From assembly GCA_963666215.2 (NCBI GenBank), contig CAXWPL010000004.1, forward strand, positions 896,001 through 960,000: a DNA stretch of 64,000 nt. The letters run 5' to 3'. The notes beneath the pieces were generated by a model that saw only the letters and a program-made list of their open reading frames with translations, made no database searches and was not told the DNA's origin. Positions 27,513 to 38,582 of the stretch are shown one piece after another. The DNA is from Acidobacteriota bacterium. Lineage in GTDB: Bacteria > Acidobacteriota > UBA890 > WLXD01. Every line of letters begins with the position of its first letter. The first letter of the stretch is position 1. Made by a program: the position numbers and the translations under genes.

Positions 27513-28829
27513 ATGACCGACTCCGTCGATTCGCGCGCCCTCATCACGGCTCGCTCGCGCCCCTTGCGGGGATCGCTGTGCAAGCACCTCGTGGCGCTCG
27601 CTTGGAAGGAATGGCGCGACCAGAGGCGGATGGTGATTGCCGGAGTTTCCACCGTCATCGTGGTGCCTGTGATGTTGATTGCGAGCGGCGCGGTCACCGG
27701 CTCTTCGAGCACGTCTGTCGACATTCTACGGATAACGCGCTTCACCCTCGTCGCTCTCGTCTCGCCGCTGCTCGCCGCGGCCCTCGGCACCGTCGCCGTA
27801 GCGTCGGAACGGCGTAACTCGGTGTTCGCCTTCGTGCTCTCGCCACCGCTGAGTCGCAGCCGAGTCTGGGGCGTCAAGCTCTGCGTGGCCTCCCTTTGCT
27901 ACCTGGCCGTCATGCTGACGGCTTCCTTGGTGGTATCGACTTCCGACCTGCTCTCTGGAGCGACGCCGAGCTCGCTTGTGGCGGGCATTCTGTCTGGCGA
28001 GATGCCGACCGATCGTCTGTTGCCTGTGTACGCGGTTGGCGCGCCGATCCTGATGCTCGGCATGGCGATGATGTTCGCCACCTACCTGTCGAGCGTCGTC
28101 GCGGCGGCGGCGGCCACCGTCGCATCGGCAGGCGTTCTCCTGGTCTTGGTGTCGATCTACTGGACGCGTCTCGACTTCGTGACCGCGCTCGACGTGCCAA
28201 CGCTTGCACTGGAGCTTGCTGCGGGATCAGCGGCGGCGCTCTTGATTTCCTGGCGGCGGTTCCGCCGCGGCGACCTGCCTCAGCTTTCCGCCCGCCGCGG
28301 CGCCGGCGCCGGCGTCGTTTGCTGCCTGGTGGTCGCGCTCGCCGTATGTCTGGTCGGCCTGCCGACGCTGTGGGCTCACACCCGCCTGCCACTGGAGCGT
28401 GCGGTGTTCTCGCAGTTCGAGATCGTCCGCTTTCCGGTGCGCCTGATTGCGTTTCTCTGGGTCGGGTTCGCGACGTTGGCGCTGGCATTGGCTTCGATTG
28501 GACTCTACGGACTGGTGAGCTATGCGCAGGCGCGGCGTACCCGCGAGGTGGGCATTCGCATGTCGCTCGGCGCCGACTCACGGTCAGTGGTAGCTCTGCT
28601 CGTACGATCGGGCATGAAGCTCGTGGCCATCGGGTCGGCGATCGGGCTGGTGCTGGCGCTCGTCATGGGTCGCGTTCTGAGCGGCCTCCTGTACGGTGTT
28701 GGATCCTCCGATCCTGTCGCTCTGACTGGGGTCGTGCTGCTGCTCCTGGCCGTGGCGTTTGTCGCAGCGTGGGTGCCGGCCCGGCGAGCTAGCCGAGTCG
28801 ACCCGGTGCAGGCGCTGCGGTCCGAGTGA
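27513..28829 (+). CDS. Chimeric ABC permease (ABC-2-like N-part plus FtsX/MacB C-terminal block)
   Basis: LAWKEWRD...ASERRN...LSPPLSRSRVWGVK, then IGLYGLVSY..ARRTREVGIRMSLGA...PARRASRVDPVQALR. Confidence 0.7.
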   Translation: MTDSVDSRALITARSRPLRGSLCKHLVALAWKEWRDQRRMVIAGVSTVIVVPVMLIASGAVTGSSSTSVDILRITRFTLVALVSPLLAAALGTVAVASERRNSVFAFVLSPPLSRSRVWGVKLCVASLCYLAVMLTASLVVSTSDLLSGATPSSLVAGILSGEMPTDRLLPVYAVGAPILMLGMAMMFATYLSSVVAAAAATVASAGVLLVLVSIYWTRLDFVTALDVPTLALELAAGSAAALLISWRRFRRGDLPQLSARRGAGAGVVCCLVVALAVCLVGLPTLWAHTRLPLERAVFSQFEIVRFPVRLIAFLWVGFATLALALASIGLYGLVSYAQARRTREVGIRMSLGADSRSVVALLVRSGMKLVAIGSAIGLVLALVMGRVLSGLLYGVGSSDPVALTGVVLLLLAVAFVAAWVPARRASRVDPVQALRSE

Positions 28830-28899
28830 GCCGATCGCTTACATCTCCGGCGCTGGGGCCCGGGCTACGCTAGCGATTCTTCGCTTCGTGTCCGCTGGC

Positions 28900-30600
28900 C
28901 TAGGGGGCCGTGTCGGCTCTGTGTGTGGAGAGCTCCGACGAGGCCCACGGCCGATTGCGGCCGAGACGATCCTCCGCAGCTTGGATCAGTCTGCGCAATC
29001 CGTGGCGCTTTGTCGCACTGATCGCGATCCCGTCGTACCGACTCTCGAGCGCCTCGACGAGCTCGGGCGACACCCGGTCGGCCTTGTTGAGCACCCGCAA
29101 GGTCGGGATCTTCGTCAGCTCGAGCTTCTCGAGCAGCCGCTCCACCGACTCACTTTTCTCGTGGATGCGCGCGTCTGAGGCGTCGGCAACATGCAGCAGT
29201 AGATCGGCGTCGGCGAGCTCCTCCAGCGTCGCGCGGAATGCCTCCACCAGATCCTGCGGCAGGTCGGAGATGAACCCCACGGTGTCGGTGATGATCACCT
29301 CACCCTCTCGGGGGAAGCGGAGGCGTCGGCTGGTCGGGTCGAGCGTCATGAACAGCTTGTCCTCGGCCGCCACCTCGCTGGAAGTGAGAGCGTTGAGAAG
29401 CGTGCTCTTGCCGGCGTTGGTGTAGCCGATGATTGACAGCACAGGCAGGCCTTGCCGCCGTCGCTGTCGGCGGCGAACGTCGCGTTGGCGCGAGAGCCGC
29501 TCGACACTTTTCTCGAGCTTGCGGATGCGATCGCGAATACGTCGCCGGCCGATCTCCAAAACGGTTTCGCCCGGCCCGCGCCCGCCGATTCCGCCGGTAA
29601 GCCGAGAGAGCCCGGCATCCTTTTCGGTGAGGCGCGGCAACGAGTAGCGCAACTGCGCCAGCTCCACCTGCAGCTTGCCGTCGCCGCTGCGGGCGCGCTG
29701 GGCGAAGATGTCGAGGATCAGCTGCGTACGATCGATGGCTTTGAGGCCGGTGGCATCCTCAAAGGCGCGTGCCTGAGCCGGCTTCAGGTCGATGTCGAAA
29801 ATCGCCACCGTGGCGCGCCGACGCATCGCGTCGAGCACGAGCTCTTGCAGCTTGCCGCTTCCCACTACGGTGCGCGGGTGAACGCGGCGTCGGCGTTGTC
29901 GCTTCACACCAGCAATCACGACGTCGGCCGAACGGACGAGATCGAGTGTTTCGTTGAAGTGATCGTCGTCGGAGCTCGTGCCGACGACCAGGGCGCGCTC
30001 AGCTTCGCCAGCGTGTGCAGCCCGGTCGACGATACGGGTGAACTCCTGCTCGAGCGCCTGAATCGTCGCCTGGAAGTCGAGATCGAGCTCGCCGACGCTG
30101 CGCGCTGTGATGCGCTCGAATGGGTCGCCGGTGAGCTCTGCCTCTAGATCGTCTCCGTCGACCGCCAGCGCCGCGGGATCGAGATACGCTACCTCCGCGC
30201 GGCCGGGCAGGCCGTCCTCCCGCGCCTCGACCATCGCCACCATGTCCAGGCGCAGCAGGGCCAGGTCGTTGAGGTCGTCGAGCGAGAGCGGCTCGCCACG
30301 CAGGTGTGTGTGTACGAGACGCAGCCCGCGAAAGCGGCCCTGACCACCGCGAAGCCGACCGATGTCAGGAAGCATCAGGCTGCTGGCATCACCAACGACG
30401 ACGTCGCGGACCACGCCTTCGCGTGATAGCAGCACGCCTACCTGGCGCCCGAGCTCGCGGGCGAGCTCGCACAAGTGGCGCGCCAGTTCTCGAGTGACAA
30501 CGCGGTCCGGATCTACCCGGCGGCGGTACGTCCGCTCGAGCGCGCGGCGCTGCGAGGCTTGCAGCCCCTGGACGTTGCCGTGAATCGGCTGGCGAGAGAT
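28900..30600 (-). CDS. hflX: Ribosome-splitting GTPase HflX (long form), probable ATC start
   Basis: [27 protein letters not shown]; conserved N-terminus [12 protein letters not shown] lies upstream of the ORF-track start at 30474. Confidence 0.92.
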   Translation of the reverse strand: MSRQPIHGNVQGLQASQRRALERTYRRRVDPDRVVTRELARHLCELARELGRQVGVLLSREGVVRDVVVGDASSLMLPDIGRLRGGQGRFRGLRLVHTHLRGEPLSLDDLNDLALLRLDMVAMVEAREDGLPGRAEVAYLDPAALAVDGDDLEAELTGDPFERITARSVGELDLDFQATIQALEQEFTRIVDRAAHAGEAERALVVGTSSDDDHFNETLDLVRSADVVIAGVKRQRRRRVHPRTVVGSGKLQELVLDAMRRRATVAIFDIDLKPAQARAFEDATGLKAIDRTQLILDIFAQRARSGDGKLQVELAQLRYSLPRLTEKDAGLSRLTGGIGGRGPGETVLEIGRRRIRDRIRKLEKSVERLSRQRDVRRRQRRRQGLPVLSIIGYTNAGKSTLLNALTSSEVAAEDKLFMTLDPTSRRLRFPREGEVIITDTVGFISDLPQDLVEAFRATLEELADADLLLHVADASDARIHEKSESVERLLEKLELTKIPTLRVLNKADRVSPELVEALESRYDGIAISATKRHGLRRLIQAAEDRLGRNRPWASSELSTHRADTAP

Positions 30601-30630
30601 GACGAACGCTCCGCATTGGGAATGATTCGG

Positions 30631-30945
30631 CTAGCGCTGACGGATCGAGAGACCCGCGCCACATGGGGCACCGAGCGTAGCCGAGCGTCGACCGCGCCGC
30701 TCCCGCCGCTCCCGCAGCGAGGTCCGACCCGTAGTGTACGGCTGGGGGAGGGGCAGCGTGATCGCGGCGTCTGCCAGGCGGCGTAGGGCGCGGGCTCGCA
30801 GCGCCGCGTAGGCGATCAAGAACAGCACGAGCCCGATGCGCTTGGGCGTTGGCGGCCCGACGATGTCGCGTCGGCGGTTCGCCACGCGGCCGGGGCCTAC
30901 CACAGGTTGTGCGCGTGGACGGAGACGAACGGTCGACCTTCGCAT
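30631..30945 (-). CDS. Small hypothetical protein with one hydrophobic segment
   Basis: ORF fills the intergenic space; IGLVLFLIAYAAL. Confidence 0.35.
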   Translation of the reverse strand: MRRSTVRLRPRAQPVVGPGRVANRRRDIVGPPTPKRIGLVLFLIAYAALRARALRRLADAAITLPLPQPYTTGRTSLRERRERRGRRSATLGAPCGAGLSIRQR

Positions 30946-31031
30946 TTGCAGAAGAAATATTGAACTATCGGGCTCGCGCTAGCGTCGCACGAAACAGAAC
31001 AGGACGACCGAAGCAGGAAAGGCCGCAGGCG

Positions 31032-31367
31032 ATGAAGGGTGACCATCTTGGAGAGCTCGAAGAGCTCGTGCTCCTGGCGGTCTACGGCATGGCCGACGAC
31101 CCGAACAGCACCTACGGCGTCACCGTTCACCAGCACATCGAGACCCTGACCGGCCGCGATTGCACTCTTGGCGCGATCTATTCGGCGCTCGAGCGTCTCG
31201 AGCGCAAAGCGTGCCTCGAGTCGCTGATCGCTGCCGCCACCGGCGAGCGCGGCGGTCGTAGGCGACGAGTTTTTGCGCTTACCGCCCGTGGTAAGCAAAC
31301 CTTGGACCGTGTTCGCGCCGGTCGTGACGCGATGTGGCAGGCAGCGGAGTTGGGCCGTGAGAGCTAG
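31032..31367 (+). CDS. PadR-family regulator (ADOP-associated type)
   Basis: LGELEELVLLAV...YGV...LGAIYSALERLE.K...ERGGRRRR.F.LT..G. Confidence 0.9.
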   Translation: MKGDHLGELEELVLLAVYGMADDPNSTYGVTVHQHIETLTGRDCTLGAIYSALERLERKACLESLIAAATGERGGRRRRVFALTARGKQTLDRVRAGRDAMWQAAELGRES

Positions 31368-31699
31368 CGGCCTCGAGAACACAGACGCCGAGGGGCCGGT
31401 TCTATCAGATCGGTCGGCCGACGCCGACGCACGATCGCTGGCTCTTCCTCATGAATCGCGCTGGCTACTTCTCTGCCTCTGCGCGCCCCGTTATCGCGAC
31501 ATGGTTGGCGCCGAGATCGCACAGCTTTGTCGGTTGCGCGCGGTTCGCCACGGAGCCCGCCACGCTCGTTGGCGTTGTTTCCTCGACACCTTGAGCGTGG
31601 CGCGCACGGATGCGGCGCCGCATGCTCACGCGCATGAGCTCGCATTCAGATCGAACAACGGGCGGTGCCCGCTTTCCCGAAGAAGCAACGGAGATTCTC

Positions 31700-34306
31700 A
31701 TGAACTGGCTGCAAGACTTTCGCCACGCCGGCCGCTCCTTGATCAAGGCCCCCGGCTTCGCCGCAGTCGTGGTCATCACGCTCGGCCTCGCAATAGGCGC
31801 CAACACGGCGATCCTCAGCGTCGTCGACGGCGTTCTTCTGCGACCCCTTCCGTACGACGATCCCGGAGCCATCGTGGTGATTCAGGAGAATGGTCCGGAA
31901 AGCGAGGAAGGCCTCGGCGGAGTCGCTTCGCAACAGCTGTTCCTGAACTGGCGACAGCGTGGTCGCTCGCTCGAGCAGATCGCCATGTACTCGAGCCAGC
32001 AGGCAACGATGACCGGTGGTGAGGAACCCGTGCGGCTCACGGGCGTGGCGACGTCGGCGACTCTGTTTCCGCTACTTCGTGTCGACGCCGAGCTCGGTCG
32101 AACGTTCGGCCTCGACGAGGAGGAGCCAGGCCAGGACGGGGTCATCCTGCTGAGTTATCGAACCTGGCAGCGCTATTTTGGAGGCGCCGGAACGGGCGGC
32201 GAGGGCGGCACCGAGGTGGTCGGCACCTCCGTCACGCTCGACGGTCAGCCACGAACCGTGGTGGGCGTCATGCCGGCCGGGTTCCGTTTTCCTGACGACG
32301 GCGTGGAGTATTGGGTGCCGCTGCTGAACCGTGTTCCGGAAAGCGACGATCCGTTCGAGCAGGTCGCCAGCCAGGGGACCTCGGTGCGGCGCGAGATACG
32401 CGAGGAAAGGCAGGCAGGGCCGGGTGCGGCGGATCCCGAGGGGCCCGGCGGCGGTGGCGGCGCCCGTGGCGTACCGGGTCCGGGTGGTCCCGAGGTGCAC
32501 GAGATCGAGCTTTGGGGGTCGGTTGTTGGCCGGCTCGCGGCCGGCGTTAGCACGGCGCTGGCGGCGGAGGAAGGGACCGCGTTGGCGCGCGGACTGAACG
32601 AGGGCGAAGAGGACCTGCAGGCCCGAAGCGTTGACGTTGAATCGCTGCAAGACGAGCTTGTAGGCCCGGTACGGCGCTCGCTGTTGCTGCTCATGGGAGC
32701 CGTCGGCTTCGTGCTGCTGATCGCCTGCGCCAACGTCGCGAATCTCGTCATGGCGCGCGCCACCGAGCGTCGCAAGGAAATCGCGGTTCGGGCCGCCCTG
32801 GGCGCCGGTTCGTCACGACTGGCCCGACTGCTGTTCTCGGAGAGCCTGCTCACCGCCGGTCTCGGCGCCGTCGTCGGCTTGGGCCTGGCGTACGGTGGCC
32901 TGCGGATGCTCGGCGTATTGGCACCCGGATTCATCCCGAGAATCGAGGGCGTTGCGATTGACGCGCGTGTTCTTCAGTTCACCGTGTTGCTCACGGTCTC
33001 GACCGCGATCCTGTTCAGCGTGCTGCCGGCGCGGAGTGCACGTCGCCTCGACCTGAGCGGCGCCCTGAAGGACGACGGTGGTGGGCTGGGCGCCGGCGTG
33101 CATGCCGGCAGCGGTCTGTTCCGCCGCGTTCTCGTGGTCGCCGAGGTGGCGCTTTCCGTGGTCCTGTTGGTGGGTGCCGGACTTCTCGTGTCGAGCTTCG
33201 TCCACCTCACGCGAGTCGATCCGGGCTACGACACCGGCAACCTGCTGCATGTGCAGCTGCAGCTACCCGCCAGCGCCTATCCCGATGGCCCTGCGCACCT
33301 GGACTTCTACGATCGCCTGGTCGATCGTCTCGAAGCGATCCCTGGCGTCGAGTCGGCGGCGGTCACGAATCAGCCACCATCGATACCGGCCAACATCCGT
33401 GTCTCGATTCGGGAAAGCGACGGACCCGAGCCGCCGCCCGACGAGCAGCCCACGGCCGTTGGCGTGCGCATGGTGGAGAACGGCTACTTCGACACGCTCC
33501 GCGGACACGTTCTCGAGGGGCGTACGTTCACCCCAGACGACCGGCCGGAAACCAACACCGTGGCTGTGCTCAGCAGGTCGGGCGCGGAGTCGATCTACGG
33601 CGAGCGCAACCCGATTGGAGAGCGACTTGCCTTCATAGGCGGGCAGCAGCTCGAGATCATAGGCCTGGTCGACGATGTGCGTACCGCTGGGGTCGACCCG
33701 AGCCCGCAGCCCGACATCTTTATGCCCTATCGCCAGGCACCGGGCCCCATGGTGCCGATGCTGTTCAGAACTGCCCACGTTCTGGTTCGTACCGGCCCGG
33801 CGCCGCTCACCGTACTGCCGGCACTTCGCGCACAGCTCCGCCTGCTCGATTCCTCGATCCCGGTTCTGAGCGTAGCCACGATGCGCGATAGGCTCGCCGA
33901 ATCGGTGGCCGAGCCGCGTTTCTACGCCGGACTGGTGGCTGCGTTTGCCGTATTAGCGCTGCTCCTGGCGGCGGTCGGGATTTACGGGCTTCTCTCCTAC
34001 ACCGTGCAGCAGGGCGTTCGAGACACCGCCATCCGCAGAGCGCTCGGCGCTCGTCCCGGCAAGATCCTCGGCGGCGTTGTGAGCCACGGTTTGACGCTTG
34101 CGGCTATCGGCTTGCTGCTCGGCATGGCACTGGCCATGGGTCTGACCCGGCTTCTCGAGTCGATGCTCTTCGAGATCGAGGCCACCGACCCGGCAACACT
34201 GGCGATCGTCGTTTGTCTGTTCGTCGCCACTGCCCTCGCCGCGGTGCTCATGCCAGCTCTTCGGGCGATGCGTATCGACCCGATGGACGTCTTGCGCGGG
34301 AGCTAG
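31700..34306 (+). CDS. ADOP / MacB-like duplicated ABC permease
   Basis: QDFRHAGRSLIKAPGF, LIACANVANL, LVVAEVALS, PALRAMRIDP; the usual N-terminal extension (31364 to about 31620) is in another frame. Confidence 0.9.
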   Translation: MNWLQDFRHAGRSLIKAPGFAAVVVITLGLAIGANTAILSVVDGVLLRPLPYDDPGAIVVIQENGPESEEGLGGVASQQLFLNWRQRGRSLEQIAMYSSQQATMTGGEEPVRLTGVATSATLFPLLRVDAELGRTFGLDEEEPGQDGVILLSYRTWQRYFGGAGTGGEGGTEVVGTSVTLDGQPRTVVGVMPAGFRFPDDGVEYWVPLLNRVPESDDPFEQVASQGTSVRREIREERQAGPGAADPEGPGGGGGARGVPGPGGPEVHEIELWGSVVGRLAAGVSTALAAEEGTALARGLNEGEEDLQARSVDVESLQDELVGPVRRSLLLLMGAVGFVLLIACANVANLVMARATERRKEIAVRAALGAGSSRLARLLFSESLLTAGLGAVVGLGLAYGGLRMLGVLAPGFIPRIEGVAIDARVLQFTVLLTVSTAILFSVLPARSARRLDLSGALKDDGGGLGAGVHAGSGLFRRVLVVAEVALSVVLLVGAGLLVSSFVHLTRVDPGYDTGNLLHVQLQLPASAYPDGPAHLDFYDRLVDRLEAIPGVESAAVTNQPPSIPANIRVSIRESDGPEPPPDEQPTAVGVRMVENGYFDTLRGHVLEGRTFTPDDRPETNTVAVLSRSGAESIYGERNPIGERLAFIGGQQLEIIGLVDDVRTAGVDPSPQPDIFMPYRQAPGPMVPMLFRTAHVLVRTGPAPLTVLPALRAQLRLLDSSIPVLSVATMRDRLAESVAEPRFYAGLVAAFAVLALLLAAVGIYGLLSYTVQQGVRDTAIRRALGARPGKILGGVVSHGLTLAAIGLLLGMALAMGLTRLLESMLFEIEATDPATLAIVVCLFVATALAAVLMPALRAMRIDPMDVLRGS

Positions 34307-34386
34307 GACAGGAGGCGGTAGCGGAAGGGTCGGGCCGGCGATCGCTTGCAGCACGGGTCTCGGGCCGGGCGTGGCCCGCGCTCGAG

Positions 34387-35505
34387 CTAGGTGCCGACGA
34401 TACGCAGCGCCTTGTCGAAACTGGTGAGGATCTCGGCGCCGTCCTCTTGGACCCAAAGGTCGTCTTCGATGCGCACTCCGCCCCAGCCCTCGAGGTACAG
34501 ACCAGGCTCGACGGTGATGACGCTGCCGATGCCAAGAGGATCGTGGTTGCCTTCCATCACCGACGGCGGCTCGTGGATGTCGATACCGAGGCCGTGGCCG
34601 GTGCGGTGCTTGAAGTAACCGTCGAAGGCAGGATCCTGTAGCGGCGCTTGCGCCGCGGTGTGTACCTCGTGGGATGTGGCGGCGGCGTTGGTGGCGGCGC
34701 AGCCGGCGATGTTCCCCGCGAGCACGGCTTCGTACACCTGCCGCATCTGGTCGCTGGGCTCGCTGCCGACAACAAACGTCCGGGTGATATCGCAGTGGTA
34801 GCCGTTGTAGCTCGTTCCGTAATCGATCAACAGAAACTCGCCGTTGCCCAGGGGCCGGTTGTCCGGAACACCGTGCGGCAACGCGCTCTTCGGACCGCCG
34901 AGGATAATGGGCCCGAACGAGATACCCTCGCCGCCTTTGCCCAGCAGGCGGCTGCAGAGTTGCGCGGAGATCTCCCTCTCGGTCATACCGACGCGCACGA
35001 GGGCCAGCACCTCCTCCAGTGATTCTTCTGCGATGCGGGCCGCTCGACGGATAGACTCGGCTTCCTCGGCGTCCTTGTATTGCCGCAACGCGTTGACCGT
35101 GGCTTGCGCGTCGACGAACTCGGCGTCCGGCAGGTTGGCCGCGAGCACCGAGTACTCCATGTAACGAAGCCCCAGCGGTTCGATCCCCACCTTGGTTGCA
35201 GCGAACGACGCGCACGCCGCGGCCGCCGCGACGCCTGGTCCGTCCTTGTCGTCCCACAGGAACACAGTCTGGACCACCGGAACCGAGCTCTTCCAGTTGT
35301 GCTCCTCGAGCTCGGGGAGAATGGCCGCAGGCGCGCCGGTGGCAGGAATGAACAGCAGGAAGAGTCGCTCGTGGGCGTCGAACGCGTGGCCGGTGAGGTA
35401 GGTGAGACTGGGGCTCGGGGCCAGCACCAACAGATCGATACCTGCTTCTCGGACTTCCTCCTGCAGTCGCCCGATACGGTCGTTGTTCGAGTTGCTGTCG
35501 CTCAT
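34387..35505 (-). CDS. Xaa-Pro peptidase (M24 family)
   Basis: ALPHG, DYG...YHCDITRT, HRTGHGLG.DIHE, TVEPG, GVRIEDD. Confidence 0.92.
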   Translation of the reverse strand: MSDSNSNNDRIGRLQEEVREAGIDLLVLAPSPSLTYLTGHAFDAHERLFLLFIPATGAPAAILPELEEHNWKSSVPVVQTVFLWDDKDGPGVAAAAACASFAATKVGIEPLGLRYMEYSVLAANLPDAEFVDAQATVNALRQYKDAEEAESIRRAARIAEESLEEVLALVRVGMTEREISAQLCSRLLGKGGEGISFGPIILGGPKSALPHGVPDNRPLGNGEFLLIDYGTSYNGYHCDITRTFVVGSEPSDQMRQVYEAVLAGNIAGCAATNAAATSHEVHTAAQAPLQDPAFDGYFKHRTGHGLGIDIHEPPSVMEGNHDPLGIGSVITVEPGLYLEGWGGVRIEDDLWVQEDGAEILTSFDKALRIVGT

Positions 35506-35544
35506 GGTTCGCGTGCCTCTCTCTTGCGTTGAAGTAGGTCGATC

Positions 35545-38077
35545 TCAGCTCGATTTCAGAACCTGTAACGGGTCGAGGCGCGCCGCGCGCCAGGCAGGAA
35601 CGGCGCATGCCACCAGCGTCAGCATCAGCGTAGCGACTGCCACTTCCACGTACGTCAGGGGGTCGAGCGGCGTTACGCCGAACAACGAGCTACGAAGGCC
35701 GCTCGACAGCATCGCCGCGAGTCCGAGGCCCAGCACCGCGCCGATTCCCGCGAGACGGAGGCCATGGCCCAGGACATGCGTCGACAAGTTGCCGGCGGTG
35801 GCACCGAGGGCGGATCGGACGCCGAGCTCGCGTGTCGCCTGGCTGACGTAGGTCGAGACGGTGCCGTACAGACCGATCGCCGCCAGCACCACGGCGATGG
35901 CTGCGAAACACGCAATCAGTAGCAGCAGGCGCGTTGTCGGAGCCACGTTGTCGTCAACGTACGTCTGCAACGGCCGGATGCCGAACAGCGGCAACTCCGC
36001 GTCGAGCCCGGTGACCTCGGCACGAACCGCGTCGACTACAGCCGCTGTTCCGATTGCGCCCGCTCGGGTGGAGATTGCCAACGTCATGCTGCGCCGCGGC
36101 GACTGGCCATGCGGCAGGTAGACCTGCTCGGTGGCGAGGGTCCGCAGGCCGGTGTTGCGTACATGCTCGGTAACACCGACAACCTCGCACCACACGGCGG
36201 TGGTGATGCCCTCATAGAAAACCTCGACCTTGAGCTGCCGACCGATGGGATTCGTGCCGGGCCAGGCGCGCGCCGCGAGGCGTTCGTCGACGATAACGAC
36301 GTTGGGGGCTGCCGACGTGTCGGCTGGGCCGAAGAATCGGCCGTGTACCAGGTCGGTGCCGAGAACCTCGAAGTAGCCCGGCGAGACCACACGGTAGTCG
36401 GCCACCGCTTGTCCCCAGGGCAGTTCGCCCTCGGCTGTTCTGTAGCTGTAGGGCGCGGTGACGCTGGCGCTGCTGCCGAGCGGCACCATTTCGGTGACCC
36501 CGGCCGCTTCTACGGCGGGAATCGCCGCGACGCGCTCGACTAGCCGCGAGTAGAAGTCGACGATGGGTTGCGGTTCTTCGTACAGGTAGCGGGTGAACGG
36601 TAGCGACATGCGAACCGTGAGCACATTGTCGGCGCGGAAGCCCGGGGACACTCGTAGCAGTTCGCCGTAGCTGCGCAGCAGAAGCCCGGCTCCCACCATG
36701 AGCGTCAGCGCGAGCGCCACCTCCGCGATCACCAGCGCGCCGCGCAGGCCTCGACCCTTGGCACCGGCCACGGCGCGCCCCCCGGGCCTTGATTGCCTCG
36801 GCAACATTCGTCGAGGCGGCGCGATAGGCGGGCAGGCAGCCGGCGGCGACGCCAACGAGACCGGCGACGCCGAGGGTGACGGCGAAGACGCCGATGTCTA
36901 TGCCCAAGCCGAGCTTGCCGGCACCGCCGAGCTCGCCCACGCGGGGCAGGTCGGTTGGATCGAGTGCGATCAGAGCGCGCAGTCCGGCCCGCGCCACTAT
37001 CAACGCACCCACGGCGCCGGCAGCGAAGAGCATTCCTGTTTCGAGTAGCGTCTGACGTGCCACGCCAGCGCGCGGCGCGCCCAGGGCGGCGCGCAGACTG
37101 GTTTCGTGGCGCCGGCCCGACTCGCGCAGCAGCAGCAGGCCCACCACATTGGCGCAAGCAACCAGAACCACGAGAGCCGCGGCGCCGAGCAGCGCGAGCA
37201 GGCCCGGTCGCAGTGGCGCGGTGAGATCTGCGTGCATCGGCACTGCGTCGAACGTAAGGCCGTTGTCTTCGTACACCGGGTGGAGCTGCCGCAACCTCGC
37301 GACCACCGCACCGAGCTCACCGCCGACAGCGTCGGTGCTCGCGGTGTCGTTGTTGGCATCGACGCGCAGTCGACCGACGGTCGCGAACAGGTGCCAGTCT
37401 GTTTGCATCGTCGCCAGATCGGTCTGCCAGGGCAGCCAGGCCCCGAAGCTGCGCGGTAGCGTCGCGCCGGCGGGCATCAACACCGAAAAATCTTCTGGCA
37501 TGACGCCGACGACGGTGTAGGGACTACCGTTGAAACGCACAGCGCTGCCGACGATGCCAGGATCGCCGCTGTAGCGCCGCTGCCAAACGTCGTGAGCCAG
37601 CAGAATGACCGCCGGCCCGTCGGGGAGGTCTTCTTCGCTGCTGAAGGTGCGTCCCAGCAGTGGCGGGACGCCCAGCACGTCGAAGAATCGCGGTGACACC
37701 CAGCCAATGTCGATCTGTTCCGGGTCGCGGATGGCGCTTCTGCCGCTGTTGTCCCGGACATCGGTCAGGCTACCGAAACGACCCCAAATGCCGGCAAGAT
37801 CATCGAAGCCCGAGGCCTGATCGCGGAGCGCCTGGAGCTCCGGGCCCGAGATGCGCCCAACCACGTTTTCGGCGCGCTCGAAGCGGCTCCAAACCATCAT
37901 CAGCGAATCTGCCTCGGGATACGGCAGCGGCCGCAAGATGACGCCGTCGACCACGCCGTAAACTGCCGCGAGCACCCCGATGGCGAGGCTGAGAGTCAGC
38001 ATCACGATAACGCTGAGGGCGGGCGCGGCGCGTAGCGCGCGGAAGGCGTAGCGCAGGTCTCTCGAGAGGATCGTCAT
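35545..38077 (-). pseudogene. ADOP ABC permease, frameshifted near 36785
   Basis: N-half in ORF 36212-38077 and C-half in ORF 35545-36855; the frames join at a G/C run (IKA|GGRAV). Confidence 0.85.
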
Positions 38078-38278
38078 GGGTCCTGCCGGTGTTGGCGAAG
38101 AGCTCCCTGAGTGGAATTCTTGCGCTGCGATCGTCGCCAGCCGATGCTACACTCATCGGCTCTGGCAAACTGGAGCCCGGTCTTGCCCTAACTCTTGATC
38201 TCGGACCAGCCCTGTCCGAGGGCATGACCTTTCGCTCCCCTGATCCTGGAGGGGGGGGGGGGGGGGGGAGTTGATCAG

Positions 38279-38440
38279 ATGGCAAAAGCAGGAAACCGCG
38301 TGCACGTGAAGCTCCGCAGCACCGAGAGCCCGCACCGCTACTACACGCGCAAGAACAAGCGCAACACGACCAACCGGCTCGAGCTGCGCAAGTACGATCC
38401 GGTCGTACGTCGGCACGTTCTCTATAAAGAAGAGAAGTAG
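38279..38440 (+). CDS. rpmG: 50S ribosomal protein L33, cysteine-free form (absent from the ORF track)
   Basis: [53 protein letters not shown]. Confidence 0.96.
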   Translation: MAKAGNRVHVKLRSTESPHRYYTRKNKRNTTNRLELRKYDPVVRRHVLYKEEK

Positions 38441-38551
38441 CGCCACCGGTTCGAGCAGCTTGCGCCGAACGAGCGCACAGCCGCGAGCTGGAGTAGAACG
38501 GTCCGGTCGCTCACCGTCGAGCCGCGCGCCAACGATCTGCAGACCAACGAA

Positions 38552-38582
38552 ACGCCCCTCCGCCGGCATGGCGAAGGGGCGT
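38552..38582 (+). terminator. Hairpin downstream of rpmG
   Basis: ACGCCCCT-CCGCC...GGCG-A-AGGGGCGT stem; no U-tract, possibly removed by the adjacent deletion. Confidence 0.5.
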
